DNA from: Candidatus Parcubacteria bacterium
GTDB taxonomy: Bacteria > Patescibacteriota > Saccharimonadia > Saccharimonadales > Saccharimonadaceae
Assembly (NCBI GenBank): GCA_023432445.1
Contig: JAEYUP010000001.1
Span: 495,907-559,906, forward strand
Direction of reading: 5' to 3'
DNA: 64,000 bases
Under the pieces are notes generated by a model. The model did no database searches, was not told the origin of the DNA, and saw only the letters and a list, made by a program, of their open reading frames with translations. A program made the position numbers and the translations under genes. Shown piece after piece: positions 1 through 17,478 of this stretch (within the stretch, counting starts at the first letter, position 1; every line of letters starts with the position of its first letter).

Positions 1-92
1 CGGTTCAGGTGGGACAGTTGAAGAGTGATTACTTAAAGAAACGATACGGCAGAGATGTCGGCGTCGCATAGGCGAGCAACAGTGAAGAAGTT

Positions 93-2888
93 ATGTTAGG
101 GGTTTTTATAACAGTCGTAGTTATCACAGCTTTGGTGGCAGGAGTTGGTTTTTTTGCTTGGTATCAATACCGCAAGCTACTGCGAGAAGCCAAGAATTAT
201 GAGCGCGGGCTCAAGATGGTGCCGCTTTACATTCATATCCCACCGATTAGCTCCGATATTGAGGGAAATGGCCGAGACGAGAGGGACCTGACAGAAGAGG
301 TGCTTTCACAGGCTCAGGTCATGTACAACATCATCGCGAGTACGGCGGTTAAGGGCTTTAAGAGTCGCGTCTATGGTCAGCGTCATATTTCGTTTGAGAT
401 TGTCGCTCACGAAGGGCTGGTTCATTACTATGCGGTCGTGCCGGTGTCATTGATAGACGTTATACAGCAGGCTGTTTCGGCGGCTTATCCGTCGGCAAGG
501 CTGGAAGAGGTTAGTGAACGCAACATATTCAACCCGGCTGGCAAGATGAGCGGTACGATCGGTGGTGAGTTTACGCTCAAAAAGGAGTTCGCCTTTCCTA
601 TCGCGACTTATCAGGAGACCAAGCGTGACGCAACACGTTCGCTTCTAGACGCTCTTTCCAAGGCTACCAGGGAAGACGGCGTTGGTATCCAAATTTTGAT
701 TCGCCCTGCGCACCAGGGTTGGACGAGTGTTGCTCAGGAGCTGGCCGATAAAATTCGCAAGGACAAGGGTCAGTCTAGCGGTGGTTTCAAGAGCAAGGGT
801 ATGCTAGAGGCACTCTGGAAACCGCCAGAGGTTAGCGAATCAAAGCCGGAGGATAGACAACTAAGTTCCACCGAGCAGGCCACGATAGATATGATTGGCG
901 ACAAGACGCGCTACCCAGGTTATGAAACTTTGATAAGAGTGGTTGCGTCTTCTGGTGTGGCCGGCAGGTCTCAGATGTTGATGAATAGTGTCGTATCAGC
1001 CTTTTCACTATTTGATTCTCCGACGAACAATGGCTTTAAGTTTACGGTTTCTAAGGATATTAGCGAGTTCGTGACGGCTTATATATTCCGTTTCTTCCCA
1101 CAAGAGGTGACGCAGAACATACTTAACACGGTGGAGTTGGCGACCATTTTTCATCTGCCAAATCAAAGCTCTATACCAACGTCTCAAGTACAACGACAGG
1201 CCACCAAGCAAGTTGATGGTCCCACACAGATACTCGATGAGGGCTTCTTGTTGGGCTACAACGAGTTCCGTGGAGTTAAAAAGCAGATCCGACTAGGGAC
1301 GAAGGACCGTCGTCGACACGCTTACATAATTGGTCAGACGGGAACAGGTAAGTCCAAGCTGCTCGAGAACCTGGCTTTTCAGGACATGATGGACGGGCGC
1401 GGTTTTGCATTTATCGATCCGCACGGCGACTCGGTTGAGGAGTTGCTGGGTATGGTGCCAAAGCACCGCGTCGAGGACGTTATTTACTTTAGTCCTGGAG
1501 ACATGGAGTCGCCGGTCGGGCTTAACCTGTTTGAGTTTGAGTACCAGGACCAGCGCGACTTCTTGATTCAAGAGACGATCGCGATGCTCTACAAGCTTTA
1601 TGACCCAGGGCACACGGGTATAATCGGCCCAAGGTTTGAGTCGTGGTTCCGAAACGCCGCTTTGACCGTGATGGCCGACCCTAATGGCTCATCGTTCCTG
1701 GATGTTCAACAGGTCTTTATAGACCAGGCCTTTGCCGACGAAAAGATCAAACACGTTAAGACGCAGTCGGTGCTTGATTTCTGGCACAAAGAGATGGCCC
1801 AAACGCCAGAGTCAGCCAAGGGAGAGATGCTTGGTTGGTTCGCCAGCAAGTTCGGCGCCTTTTTGGCTAATGACATGATGCGAAATATCATCGGGCAGAC
1901 CAAGAGTGGTTTTGATCTACGCGAGATAATGGACGGTAAAAAGATTTTATTAGTAAATCTCTCAAAGGGTAAAGTCGGGGAGCTAAACTCGCAGTTGCTT
2001 GGAATGATATTCGTTATGAAGTTTCAGGCGGCAGCGATGGGTCGGGCGAACGTGCCAGAGGACCAAAGAGAAGACTTCAGTCTGTATGTCGACGAGTTCC
2101 AGAACTTTGCAACTGATTCGTTCGCCACTATTTTGTCTGAGGCTCGAAAATATCGCCTGAGTCTCGTGCTAGCCAACCAGTTCATGACTCAGCTCACCGA
2201 CCAGATTAGGGAAGCTATCCTGGGTAACATCGGGACAGTTATAAGTGGTCGAATCGGTATAACGGACGCCGAGATATTGGTCAAGAAGTTTAGCCCAACG
2301 TTTGACGTTGAGGATCTAACAAGGATGCCTAATTTCCAGACGATTGCCTCCGTTATGATCCAGGACGTGCCGTCGGCCGCTTTCAGCATGTCGCTGTTAC
2401 CGCCGCTAGGCAAGTCAAACCCTGAGCTGAGAGACGCCCTTAAGCGCTTGTCGTCAGCTAAGTACGGCAAGCCACGCGCCGAAGTAGAAAGAGACTTTGC
2501 GATGCGTATGAGCGCGGGCGACGAAGCTCGAAAAGCCAAGATGGAGGCGATGAAACGAGCTCAGCAAGAGCGCATGGAGCGTTTTAAGGCTGGTAACGCC
2601 CTTCCTGGTGATCCAAACGCACCTGTTGTTCAATCAAGCGCCTCGCAGCCTCAGGCGGACAGTCCAAAGGTTACACCGCCATCTTTTCTTGATGAGTGGT
2701 TGGCTAAGCGTCAGCAAATTGTTCAGAATTCTCCTAATAATGCGCCGGCTCCAAACCCGGCTTTCGGCCCAACGGTTGGAGTGGCACCAACTGTAACAAG
2801 CACTACTAAAGAAGATGATCACAGGTTGTCTCTGAGAGACGACAACGCAAAAGACGACCATCCGGGCGTCTCGGTCAAGCTCCGCTAA
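93..2888 (+). CDS. Membrane-anchored VirD4/TraD/TrwB-like P-loop ATPase (type IV secretion coupling-protein-like)
   Basis: 931-aa ORF with an N-terminal TM helix (VFITVVVITALVAGVGFFAWY). Walker A IIGQTGTGKSKL is followed by FAFIDPHGD, and Walker B is LYVDEFQNF. SEARKYRLSLVLANQ block present. Long A/P/Q-rich low-complexity C-terminal tail. Confidence 0.65.
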   Translation: MLGVFITVVVITALVAGVGFFAWYQYRKLLREAKNYERGLKMVPLYIHIPPISSDIEGNGRDERDLTEEVLSQAQVMYNIIASTAVKGFKSRVYGQRHISFEIVAHEGLVHYYAVVPVSLIDVIQQAVSAAYPSARLEEVSERNIFNPAGKMSGTIGGEFTLKKEFAFPIATYQETKRDATRSLLDALSKATREDGVGIQILIRPAHQGWTSVAQELADKIRKDKGQSSGGFKSKGMLEALWKPPEVSESKPEDRQLSSTEQATIDMIGDKTRYPGYETLIRVVASSGVAGRSQMLMNSVVSAFSLFDSPTNNGFKFTVSKDISEFVTAYIFRFFPQEVTQNILNTVELATIFHLPNQSSIPTSQVQRQATKQVDGPTQILDEGFLLGYNEFRGVKKQIRLGTKDRRRHAYIIGQTGTGKSKLLENLAFQDMMDGRGFAFIDPHGDSVEELLGMVPKHRVEDVIYFSPGDMESPVGLNLFEFEYQDQRDFLIQETIAMLYKLYDPGHTGIIGPRFESWFRNAALTVMADPNGSSFLDVQQVFIDQAFADEKIKHVKTQSVLDFWHKEMAQTPESAKGEMLGWFASKFGAFLANDMMRNIIGQTKSGFDLREIMDGKKILLVNLSKGKVGELNSQLLGMIFVMKFQAAAMGRANVPEDQREDFSLYVDEFQNFATDSFATILSEARKYRLSLVLANQFMTQLTDQIREAILGNIGTVISGRIGITDAEILVKKFSPTFDVEDLTRMPNFQTIASVMIQDVPSAAFSMSLLPPLGKSNPELRDALKRLSSAKYGKPRAEVERDFAMRMSAGDEARKAKMEAMKRAQQERMERFKAGNALPGDPNAPVVQSSASQPQADSPKVTPPSFLDEWLAKRQQIVQNSPNNAPAPNPAFGPTVGVAPTVTSTTKEDDHRLSLRDDNAKDDHPGVSVKLR

Positions 2889-2897
2889 AGGAAATGC

Positions 2898-3461
2898 TTA
2901 TTTTTTGCCGGTAATCATGACTTTTAGAAAGTCGTAGAGTAGCCCGGCAATCCAGCCGGCTATAAAGGCGGCGATAGTTTCAAACCCTGAAAGTGGATAG
3001 CCGAAATTTTTGGCTACTAAATATACGGCCAGAACGGCCACAAAGGCGACAACTGCGCCACTTAAGATAGCGTTAGGGCGGGCGATGGTAGACCCGACCA
3101 CATCACTAATCTTCTCAACTGGCTTGGCGTGTATAAACTTACTAAAAGCGCGTTCTGGGGCCGATAGTTCGGCTCGAACGTTTTTCATGCGGTGATCGAA
3201 ACTAGCATCACGCTCTTTTTTGCTTATACCACGTCGAGGGGTGGGTGAGGTGCTACGCTTACGCTCAACCGTCTCTTTCTTTGCTTCGGCAGCTTTTTCG
3301 CGAGCTTCAACTAAAGCCGTTTCGGCTTTTTTCTCGGCGTTTTCCATCTTTGATTTCTCGGCGTTGGACTCTAGCTGTTCGGCCAGGCGCTCATACTGCT
3401 CGGCGCTTACCTCTGGTGTTTTGAGGTTTTCGTTGCTTTGTTCGGTGATTCGCTCTGCCAT
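2898..3461 (-). CDS. Hypothetical membrane protein (E/K/A-rich N-terminus, two C-terminal TM helices)
   Basis: 187-aa ORF whose start overlaps the stop of the upstream 3461..4633 ORF by 1 nt. Hydrophobic segments AILSGAVVAFVAVLAVYLVA and IAAFIAGWIAGLLYDFL. Confidence 0.55.
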   Translation of the reverse strand: MAERITEQSNENLKTPEVSAEQYERLAEQLESNAEKSKMENAEKKAETALVEAREKAAEAKKETVERKRSTSPTPRRGISKKERDASFDHRMKNVRAELSAPERAFSKFIHAKPVEKISDVVGSTIARPNAILSGAVVAFVAVLAVYLVAKNFGYPLSGFETIAAFIAGWIAGLLYDFLKVMITGKK

Positions 3462-4633
3462 TATATTGTCCCCGCATTAAGGTCTCGCCGGATAAGACGG
3501 ACTTCTTTGTTCATTTGTTTGGATCGGAAGTAGAAGTAGGAGACGATTGCTAAAACGATCCCACCGAAGATGACGTTTTCGGTTGGGCCGGTCTCTGGCA
3601 GTTCTCTGACGATTTCTTCAACTACTTTTGGTGGCGCACAGCTGACTGGTACCATTACGCCGTTGCCAAATACGTTATCCATCACACAGTCGTAGGATGT
3701 CTGGTCACTTTTTCCTACAGGTGTGGCTGGTATAGAAGCATTTAATTTTACGGCATAGCTACGTGACTCGGTTTTACTAGCGGCGATTGAAACCTCAGGC
3801 CAGGTAAGTGCCTTGGTGTCCTTGTTAAAGATACCGCCACCGTTATCTACTAGAGTAGAGTACTCCAGTATATCGCCCAGGTTGTCCTCAAAGACAGTAG
3901 ATACTGGACTACCGCCAGTGTTCTTGGCCGTCAGAGTGTAAGTTATGCGATCGTTGGCATGAGCCACCTGTTTAGAAGCGTCGATGTTACCCTGAGATAC
4001 GTTAAGAGCCGATTTTGAGAAGGTCAGTTTACCTGGTGCTGGTGGCACTTTTGGCGGCGGAATGTGAGTTGTTACCAGGTTGCCGCAGTCCTGCATGATA
4101 GCAAACCAGCCGATACTTGCAGAGTGACCTATGTAGCCATAGATAGTTTTGTTGCTGCTCTTGTATAGAGTAGACATTGGGCGGCCGTAAACGGTTGTGA
4201 CATGAGTACCGTTGGAGTCGGTGACTTTCATCGAGCCAGCGTCGATGGTGCGGGCGTGTCGGCCCCAGCTGTAGTAAGAGCTTGTTTTAAAGCTACCGTA
4301 AGCCGCTCGGTTAATTTCTTCTCTTGTGATACCAAAAGAGTTCATTATGTCTTGCAGATTGGCGGAGTTGCGATCGTAGGGGTTTAAGAAGTTGCTAAGA
4401 GACCGGTTCGAACCCAGACCTAGACCACCGTAGACCATGTCATTTGCGCTGGCGGCATTAGCTGGTTCAGGGGCCTGGAAGACTACTAGGGATTGTACGA
4501 CAAGAGCCAGAGCGGTGAATACAAGTCCTAAGCGGCGAGTAACTTGCTCTTTTCGAAGTCTCTTGGCGTAGAAACTCAATTGACCCACTAGGGCGGGGCT
4601 AAACGAGAGTCGAGATACTATGCGACGGAACAT
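3461..4633 (-). CDS. LPXTG-anchored cell-surface protein with DUF11-like repeat domain
   Basis: N-terminal signal/TM (LGLVFTALALVVQSLVVFQAPEPANA). C-terminal LPETG plus hydrophobic stretch plus basic tail forms a sortase sorting signal. ITYTLTAKNTGGSPVSTVFEDNLGD resembles the DUF11 conserved repeat. Confidence 0.7.
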   Translation of the reverse strand: MFRRIVSRLSFSPALVGQLSFYAKRLRKEQVTRRLGLVFTALALVVQSLVVFQAPEPANAASANDMVYGGLGLGSNRSLSNFLNPYDRNSANLQDIMNSFGITREEINRAAYGSFKTSSYYSWGRHARTIDAGSMKVTDSNGTHVTTVYGRPMSTLYKSSNKTIYGYIGHSASIGWFAIMQDCGNLVTTHIPPPKVPPAPGKLTFSKSALNVSQGNIDASKQVAHANDRITYTLTAKNTGGSPVSTVFEDNLGDILEYSTLVDNGGGIFNKDTKALTWPEVSIAASKTESRSYAVKLNASIPATPVGKSDQTSYDCVMDNVFGNGVMVPVSCAPPKVVEEIVRELPETGPTENVIFGGIVLAIVSYFYFRSKQMNKEVRLIRRDLNAGTI

Positions 4634-4723
4634 GATAATTTTTGTTTTTTAATTTACCTCTTATGTTTAAGATAGCATAAAAAATATGTTCAGCACAAGC
4701 ACTTTTTTATTCACGCGCCAATG

Positions 4724-4732
4724 TGGTACAAT
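4724..4732 (+). promoter_or_regulatory. Extended -10 promoter element (TGgTACAAT) upstream of gyrB
   Basis: TGnTACAAT sits in the AT-rich intergenic region 20 nt upstream of the first possible gyrB start. The -35 is weak. Confidence 0.5.
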
Positions 4733-4734
4733 AG

Positions 4735-6759
<2,025 letters not shown>

Positions 6760-6775
6760 GGGATAGGATAGATAT

Positions 6776-9292
6776 ATGAACGACGACACTGTAAATATGA
6801 ACGACGAACTACCTGTAGAGGGTGAAGTTATAGCACCGCTAGCTAACGGCTTAGAAGATAGGACTCTCGAGAAGGTCATGGAAGATAACTTCTTCCGCTA
6901 TTCAATGAGCGTCATTATCGAACGAGCTTTGCCAGACGTTCGCGATGGTTTGAAGCCTGTACATCGACGCATATTGCATTCGATGAACGTTAATGGCAAC
7001 CGAAGCACTGCTAAGTTTGTTAAAAGCGCACGTATAGTCGGTGACGTGATGGGTAAATTTCACCCGCACGGTGACTCAGCCATCTATGATTCGATGGTTC
7101 GACTAGCTCAGCCTTGGGCTCTTCGTTATCCGTTGATTCAAGGTCAAGGAAACTTTGGCTCTATGGATGGAGACCCGGCCGCGGCTAGCCGGTACACAGA
7201 GGCTAGATTGCAAAAGTTCTCAGATGAAATGCTGGCTGATATCGACAAGCAGACGGTTGATTTTCGTGATAACTATGACGGATCAGAGCAGGAACCAACC
7301 GTTCTGCCAGCCAAGATACCAAACCTACTCCTAAACGGACAAATAGGTATCGCCGTCGGTATGGCTACGAACATTCCGCCACACAACCTCGGCGAGCTAG
7401 TTGACGCTGTGGTAGAGCTGATCGACAACGAAGATGCTACACTCGATGACTTACTTAAGCACGTTAAGGGACCGGACTTTCCGACCGGGGCCGTAGTATA
7501 CGGCGGTTCGCCTATGAAGCAGGCTTATTTAACTGGTCGTGGTAGTGTAACTATGAGGGCCGTTGCTACGATTGAGGAGACCAAGAAGGGTCGTCACCAG
7601 ATTATAATCACCGAAATTCCTTATGGTGTAAATAAAGCATCACTTGTTGAAAAGATCGCTGAGCTTTACAAAGAGAAAAAGATTAACATTAGCGATCTGC
7701 GCGATGAAAGCTCTAGAGGCAAGGTCCGAGTTGTAGTAGAAGTTAAGAAAGATGGCTATCCGAAGAAGGTTCTTAACCAGCTTTACAAGCTAACCGCACT
7801 GCAAAGTAGCTTTAATTACAACATGTTGGCCTTGATTGACGGAATTCAACCACGAATCCTCGGCTTGCAGGAGATGTTGCAAGAGTTCATCAAGCACCGC
7901 CAGCAGGTTGTTCGCCGCCGTACTGAGTACGAGCTGAAGAAAGCCCGCGAACGAGCTCACATCCTCGAGGGCTACAAGATCGCACTTGATCACATTGATG
8001 AAGTAATTAGGATTATACGTGCCAGTAAGACGTCTGAGGAGGCTCAGAAGAACCTCATTAAGGAATTTAAGCTTAGTGAGATTCAGGCTCAGGCTATCTT
8101 GGCTATGCAGCTCCGAAGACTGACCGGCCTAGAGCGCGATGCTATTGAAAACGAGCTGAAAGAACTACTGGCGGCCATCAAGCGCTTTGAAGAAATCTTG
8201 GCTGACGAGAAAGAAATCTTGGCTATCATCAAAACCGAGTTGCTTGAAATCAAAGACAAGTTTGGTGACGAGCGTCGTTCACAGATCATCAATCATGAAC
8301 TCGGTAAGTTTAGTGATGAAGAGCTTATACCAGAGGAAGAATCCGTTGTTCTGCTTACAACAGAAAACTATATTAAGCGGACATTGGTGACAGAGTACCG
8401 TCGTCAACACCGTGGCGGCAAGGGTAAGCGCGGCATGACCACCAAGGAAGAGGACGTCATCGATCAGCTGATTCCGGCCAACACCCACGACTGGCTACTG
8501 TTCTTTACTAACAAGGGTCGTGTTTTTCGCCTCAAAGCTTACGAAGTCCCAGCGGCTAGCCTGGCAGCTAAGGGTGTGGCGGCAGTAAACCTGTTGGCAC
8601 TACAGCCTGAGGAAAAAATCACCTCTATTATCAAGCATGAAAAGAACGCTAGTGAAGATGGCTATCTATTTATGGCGACCGTCAAAGGCACAGTAAAGAA
8701 GACGCCGCTTAAGGATTACGCAAATATTCGAACAAATGGTTTAATCGCTATTAAACTTGATGAGGGTGACGAACTACGCTGGATCAAGCGAACCTCTGGA
8801 AGCGATGACATCATCATTTCGACTTCGGCAGGTCAAGCAATACGCTTCGGTGAATCCGATGCTCGACCGATGGGACGCTCAGCGCGAGGTGTTCGAGGTG
8901 TTCGCCTTCGACCAAATGACTCAGTGGTCGGGATGGACATAGTATCGAACAACGAAGGTACCTTGTTGGTTATTAGTAAGAATGGTTATGGAAAAGTTAC
9001 TAAGGCGGCCCAGTTCCCATCGCACAAACGTGGTGGTATTGGCATCAAAGCGGCAGTTGTGACGGCCAAAACCGGCCCGATAGTGGCAGTGCGATCGCTA
9101 GAAGAAGGTTCGGAAGAGATTCTGTTGATATCGAGCCAGGGCCAAGCGATTCGGGTTGGGCTTAAAGATATCCCAACTTTGGGCCGCACTACTCAAGGTG
9201 TTCGTATTATGCGAACTGGCGAAGACGACCAAGTGTCATCGTTCGGATTTGTACCTGCCCAGGCTGAACCCGAAGAAGGTGAGGCGGCGTGA
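6776..9292 (+). CDS. gyrA: DNA gyrase subunit A
   Basis: Motifs [27 protein letters not shown] (active-site Tyr context), [14 protein letters not shown], and C-terminal beta-pinwheel repeats. Confidence 0.95.
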   Translation: MNDDTVNMNDELPVEGEVIAPLANGLEDRTLEKVMEDNFFRYSMSVIIERALPDVRDGLKPVHRRILHSMNVNGNRSTAKFVKSARIVGDVMGKFHPHGDSAIYDSMVRLAQPWALRYPLIQGQGNFGSMDGDPAAASRYTEARLQKFSDEMLADIDKQTVDFRDNYDGSEQEPTVLPAKIPNLLLNGQIGIAVGMATNIPPHNLGELVDAVVELIDNEDATLDDLLKHVKGPDFPTGAVVYGGSPMKQAYLTGRGSVTMRAVATIEETKKGRHQIIITEIPYGVNKASLVEKIAELYKEKKINISDLRDESSRGKVRVVVEVKKDGYPKKVLNQLYKLTALQSSFNYNMLALIDGIQPRILGLQEMLQEFIKHRQQVVRRRTEYELKKARERAHILEGYKIALDHIDEVIRIIRASKTSEEAQKNLIKEFKLSEIQAQAILAMQLRRLTGLERDAIENELKELLAAIKRFEEILADEKEILAIIKTELLEIKDKFGDERRSQIINHELGKFSDEELIPEEESVVLLTTENYIKRTLVTEYRRQHRGGKGKRGMTTKEEDVIDQLIPANTHDWLLFFTNKGRVFRLKAYEVPAASLAAKGVAAVNLLALQPEEKITSIIKHEKNASEDGYLFMATVKGTVKKTPLKDYANIRTNGLIAIKLDEGDELRWIKRTSGSDDIIISTSAGQAIRFGESDARPMGRSARGVRGVRLRPNDSVVGMDIVSNNEGTLLVISKNGYGKVTKAAQFPSHKRGGIGIKAAVVTAKTGPIVAVRSLEEGSEEILLISSQGQAIRVGLKDIPTLGRTTQGVRIMRTGEDDQVSSFGFVPAQAEPEEGEAA

Positions 9293-9717
9293 TCGAGCTT
9301 TCGCCCTACATAATCGCCGGCCTAGGCGGTTGGCTGGTAGCCCAGGTGCTCAAGTATATATTTGTTAGTCTTCGTCAGCGCAAAGTTGCGTCGTTTAGGC
9401 ACCTGTACTTTTCTGGTAATATGCCGAGTGCTCACAGTGCTACCGTAGTGGCCATCTTGGTTGTGGTAGGAATATTGGATGGAATTGGTTCGGGGCTGTT
9501 TGGCCTAGCACTCGTCTTTACTAGCGTCGTTCTATATGACGCAATGATGGTGCGCCGTTCCTCGGGCGAGCAAGGTGTAGCTTTGACCGCACTGATGAAA
9601 GAGCAGAAGAGTAAGGTTGCCTTGCCTCGAGTTGCCAGAGGTCACACGCCCTTGGAGGTGGTGGCTGGTGCCTTTATCGGCGTCGTTGTGGCGATTGTTG
9701 TAATAATTTGGTTTTAG
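9289..9717 (+). CDS. Divergent PAP2 / DUF212-family membrane protein
   Basis: 142-aa hydrophobic ORF with a GTG start overlapping the gyrA stop. [11 protein letters not shown] ... [14 protein letters not shown] pattern is typical of the acid-phosphatase/vanadium-haloperoxidase-related DUF212 family. Confidence 0.55.
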   Translation: MIELSPYIIAGLGGWLVAQVLKYIFVSLRQRKVASFRHLYFSGNMPSAHSATVVAILVVVGILDGIGSGLFGLALVFTSVVLYDAMMVRRSSGEQGVALTALMKEQKSKVALPRVARGHTPLEVVAGAFIGVVVAIVVIIWF

Positions 9718-9720
9718 GGG

Positions 9721-9749
9721 TTGACCCAACCCTTTTGGTAGCGTATAAT
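9721..9749 (+). promoter_or_regulatory. Sigma-70-type promoter of the 16S rRNA gene
   Basis: TTGACC (9721-9726), 17-nt spacer, TATAAT (9744-9749). Confidence 0.75.
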
Positions 9750-9933
9750 TGAGCAAGTCTGGTCGTAAGACCGTAGGTCAACGTGGAGTTGAATAAAAGA
9801 CGAGATCGTTAACAATTTGGTTGTGCAAATCTAAAACACATTCGTATGGGTATTTATATCCTTCGGATGTTTTATTAATACGTCAGTAAATTATGTATAT
9901 TGAGTCTTGTAGTGTAGAACTACATTTTTATGG

Positions 9934-11404
<1,471 letters not shown>

Positions 11405-11599
11405 AGGGAGATGTTATGCCAGCAAAACGAGCAATCTTTTGCTGAAGCTAGGTCGGTCTTTTTGTTGTGTTGAGCTTACATAACAATATAGTTCTCAAAG
11501 ATTTATTCGCGAGAACAAGACGAAGTTCAAAAAAATCTCAGTATACTAGCCGACGATTAATATAGGGTTTGCACAACTAAGTTGTTAACAAAAGAAGGC

Positions 11600-11624
11600 C
11601 CCCGAAGTGTTTCGGGGTCTTTTT
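11600..11624 (+). terminator. Hairpin plus U-tract downstream of 16S (intrinsic-terminator-like)
   Basis: CCCCGAA-GTGT-TTCGGGG followed by TCTTTTT, immediately after the 16S processing stem. Confidence 0.55.
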
Positions 11625-11638
11625 AGTTTTGTTAACCC

Positions 11639-11667
11639 TTGCGAAATGAAGCCTTTTACGTTAAAAT
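11639..11667 (+). promoter_or_regulatory. Sigma-70-type promoter upstream of tRNA-Ala/tRNA-Ile
   Basis: TTGCGA (11639-11644), 17-nt spacer, TAAAAT (11662-11667), 22 nt upstream of tRNA-Ala. Confidence 0.6.
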
Positions 11668-11689
11668 ACCAAGAGTTCTGTCACGGCGT

Positions 11690-11766
11690 GGGGCAATAGC
11701 TCAGTTGGCTAGAGCACCTGCTTTGCAAGCAGGGGGTCCAGGGTTCGAGTCCCTGTTGCTCCACCA
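11690..11766 (+). tRNA. tRNA-Ala (anticodon TGC), CCA encoded
   Basis: Cloverleaf folds by hand. Acceptor GGGGCAA/TTGCTCC includes the G3:U70 pair. Anticodon loop is TTTGCAA and T-loop is GGTTCGAGTCC. Confidence 0.95.
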
Positions 11767-11842
11767 AACGAGGGGTGAATCTGGCGAAAGTCAGAGTCAC
11801 TCCACCAGAACTGATTTACATCAAAAAACACCACGAAATCGT

Positions 11843-11919
11843 GGGCGATTAGCTCAGCTGGTTAGAGCGCGTCACTGATAATGACGAGGTCGGAGGTTCG
11901 AGTCCCTCATCGCCCACCA
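11843..11919 (+). tRNA. tRNA-Ile (anticodon GAT), CCA encoded
   Basis: Acceptor GGGCGAT/ATCGCCC, anticodon stem-loop CGTCA-CTGATAA-TGACG, T-arm GGAGG-TTCGAGT-CCCTC, discriminator A. Confidence 0.95.
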
Positions 11920-11951
11920 CTCCGTGGTGTTTTTGTATTTACAGTGATATT

Positions 11952-12689
11952 ATGAGCGATATGATTGATCCTAAACCGACGCACGAAGCTACCCCCAGAG
12001 GACCGGACGCTATACAGCAGCAATCACCCGAAGGTGAGGTTGTTGGCGGCGAACGCCATCAGCGAATAGAGGAAGATAAAATTCAAGATATCCGCAGTCG
12101 GGTATTTTCACTTATAGCAGAGGAGGGCGGGCGCAGCATGCCAGGCTCTGGGTTCAGGCGGGTAGTATCGCATGAATTAGGGCAAGAGGGTGCCGATAAA
12201 CGCCCTATAGAAGCTGCAATACCTGAGTACGGGGAGTACATGAAGAACAGACGCGAGCAATTCCCTCAAAGAAATCTTTTCTCGCGTCGCCGACCTTATC
12301 AAGTAAAAGGCAAGGTAGAGGTGGCCGCTTACGATGGGCACTTCAGTGATATTCTAGACACCTCTCAAGATTTTCCAGGCAGCCAGACTTACGAGTATGT
12401 CGATTTAAGGGTGCAGAGATTTAGCGGAGATATATCGATTGAGGGCCAGGAATACCATATTGACGATGAGCTGGTGATAGATATTGCGTATGGCTACAAT
12501 TTCGACATAACTACCCCGCAGTATTTTCTTACAGTGAACACGAGACAATGTGAAATAGTAGCTAGAGAGGTAAGGGGTAGCCTTAACGATAAAGGTGCTC
12601 TATCTGACTTTACAAACGAAGAGTTGCTGGATAAAGCATTGACCGCAGCCGAACAAGGCAGGAAATTGAAACAAAAACCCGCTCGGTAG
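11952..12689 (+). CDS. Hypothetical protein embedded between tRNA-Ile and 23S rRNA
   Basis: 245-aa ORF with ordinary protein-like composition. No motif recognised and no SD. Confidence 0.5.
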   Translation: MSDMIDPKPTHEATPRGPDAIQQQSPEGEVVGGERHQRIEEDKIQDIRSRVFSLIAEEGGRSMPGSGFRRVVSHELGQEGADKRPIEAAIPEYGEYMKNRREQFPQRNLFSRRRPYQVKGKVEVAAYDGHFSDILDTSQDFPGSQTYEYVDLRVQRFSGDISIEGQEYHIDDELVIDIAYGYNFDITTPQYFLTVNTRQCEIVAREVRGSLNDKGALSDFTNEELLDKALTAAEQGRKLKQKPAR

Positions 12690-12752
12690 TGTCGGTTATT
12701 TGCATGGTGCTCAGCCGGGTCTTCGATCGACTGGGCAACATCGAAAAGAGTA

Positions 12753-12781
12753 TTGCAAAATTAAGCCCGCTGAACTATAAT
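12753..12781 (+). promoter_or_regulatory. Sigma-70-type promoter of the 23S-5S unit
   Basis: TTGCAA (12753-12758), 17-nt spacer, TATAAT (12776-12781). A weaker second candidate is TTTACA-18-TAGTAT at 12884-12913. Confidence 0.7.
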
Positions 12782-13073
12782 ACTAACTAATATAGTCACG
12801 TTCGTGGAGAACCTCTGACACAAGACGATAAAGCTCTAACTCACCCTCGAGTAAACTTTATCGCAGAAAATGCGAAAAACCACTTTACACTATGCGAGAG
12901 TAGGTGGTAGTATCAGAAAGCTTGATTGCGAACGGGACTCATCTGATAGAGGTGATTCGAAATGCGCAATCAATCGTTGAGCGCTGGACTTTAACAATTT
13001 AATGATGTAAGAAAATTTTAAAATTGACGGTCACGATGCAACTGGTTTTTACCAATTGCTCGTTAAGTCAATG

Positions 13074-16328
<3,255 letters not shown>

Positions 16329-16548
16329 TCCTTTTCTCCAACTGTTAGTCCTTGGATTAACTGAGGGGATAAGGTAGACTTAACGAGCAATTGGTGCAAA
16401 TCACTACGATTTCACCAAGAGTGTCAATTTTAACATTCTTACTAAAAGCATCGATACTATGAGAGTACACCCGTACTTTAATAGGCATCGAAGCAAGGTT
16501 TCGGCCCACTGACCTCTATATGTCAGCGCAAAGTGTCGGAAACCTTAC

Positions 16549-16657
<109 letters not shown>

Positions 16658-16664
16658 TTATATT

Positions 16665-16698
16665 AAAGCCATCCTAACAGGGTGGCTTTAATCTTTTA
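16665..16698 (+). terminator. Intrinsic terminator after 5S rRNA
   Basis: AAAGCCATCC-TAACA-GGGTGGCTTT followed by AATCTTTT. Confidence 0.7.
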
Positions 16699-16716
16699 CA
16701 TTATAATAGATGGTGT

Positions 16717-17466
16717 ATGACTAATTTACCACCAGAACGGAAGAACGAAGACGGAGAGGTGTCGGAGCGGTTCGCTAACGATCTATTGGAGTTGGATAGA
16801 ATCAGGCGAGATTTGACTCGGAGGATAATGGGCCCGGAGGAGTTTGATAAGATTGATACTTATAGGTTAAATAAAGAAAGGGTGAGCGAGGAGCTTTCTG
16901 ACGAGGATAAAGAGAGGCGAACAATCATGAATCGTCGGGCAAGATTAGCCGCTTTGGAAAATCTGTACCTGGATAATATTAGAAGCGGCACTTTCAGGGA
17001 TGACAAGAATGCCTTTGCAGATGCTTTTATAAGGGTTGTGATAACAGACTTAGACAGTAGAGAGCTTCCAGAAGAGGCAGAGTATATCGAGATTCAATCT
17101 AGTATCAGCGATAAAATAAGAGGAACTATTGAAAGTATTGTAGCCGACGATAGAGTAAGTGAGATTGAAATTAGATCTCATGATGACAGGTCAACGGGTG
17201 TCATGTATCACATAGAGGGGGGTTCTGGCGCCGAAAAATACGACTGCACCGTTGCCGTAGATGACAGTGGCCAAGTCGTAACGACCGTCTACGAGTATAT
17301 ACCGTTTACATTCCAGAAAACGTTGAAGGATGTTTTGGCGGCTCGGGCTGAGCGACCGAATCTTGTTGAAAGTCTTGACTATCAGTTTTCAGGTATTGAT
17401 TTCAAGCGTATCGAACGCGCGATTGTCGAGGGTGTGCGGGCTGCGGTTGAACAGCTTAGGTCGTGA
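16717..17466 (+). CDS. Hypothetical acidic protein
   Basis: 249-aa ORF. TATAAT (16702-16707) lies 9 nt upstream of the ATG. No motif recognised. Confidence 0.55.
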   Translation: MTNLPPERKNEDGEVSERFANDLLELDRIRRDLTRRIMGPEEFDKIDTYRLNKERVSEELSDEDKERRTIMNRRARLAALENLYLDNIRSGTFRDDKNAFADAFIRVVITDLDSRELPEEAEYIEIQSSISDKIRGTIESIVADDRVSEIEIRSHDDRSTGVMYHIEGGSGAEKYDCTVAVDDSGQVVTTVYEYIPFTFQKTLKDVLAARAERPNLVESLDYQFSGIDFKRIERAIVEGVRAAVEQLRS

Positions 17467-17478
17467 TACGATAGATAT

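Noticed and set aside
1-71. 23-codon ORF tail (...KKRYGRDVGVA*) at the left edge
   Set aside because: It is probably the 3' end of an upstream gene, but it is too short to call a product or to be sure it is coding.
11639-11878. 79-aa ORF spanning tRNA-Ala and tRNA-Ile
   Set aside because: It reads straight through two well-folded tRNA genes and their spacer, so it is not coding.
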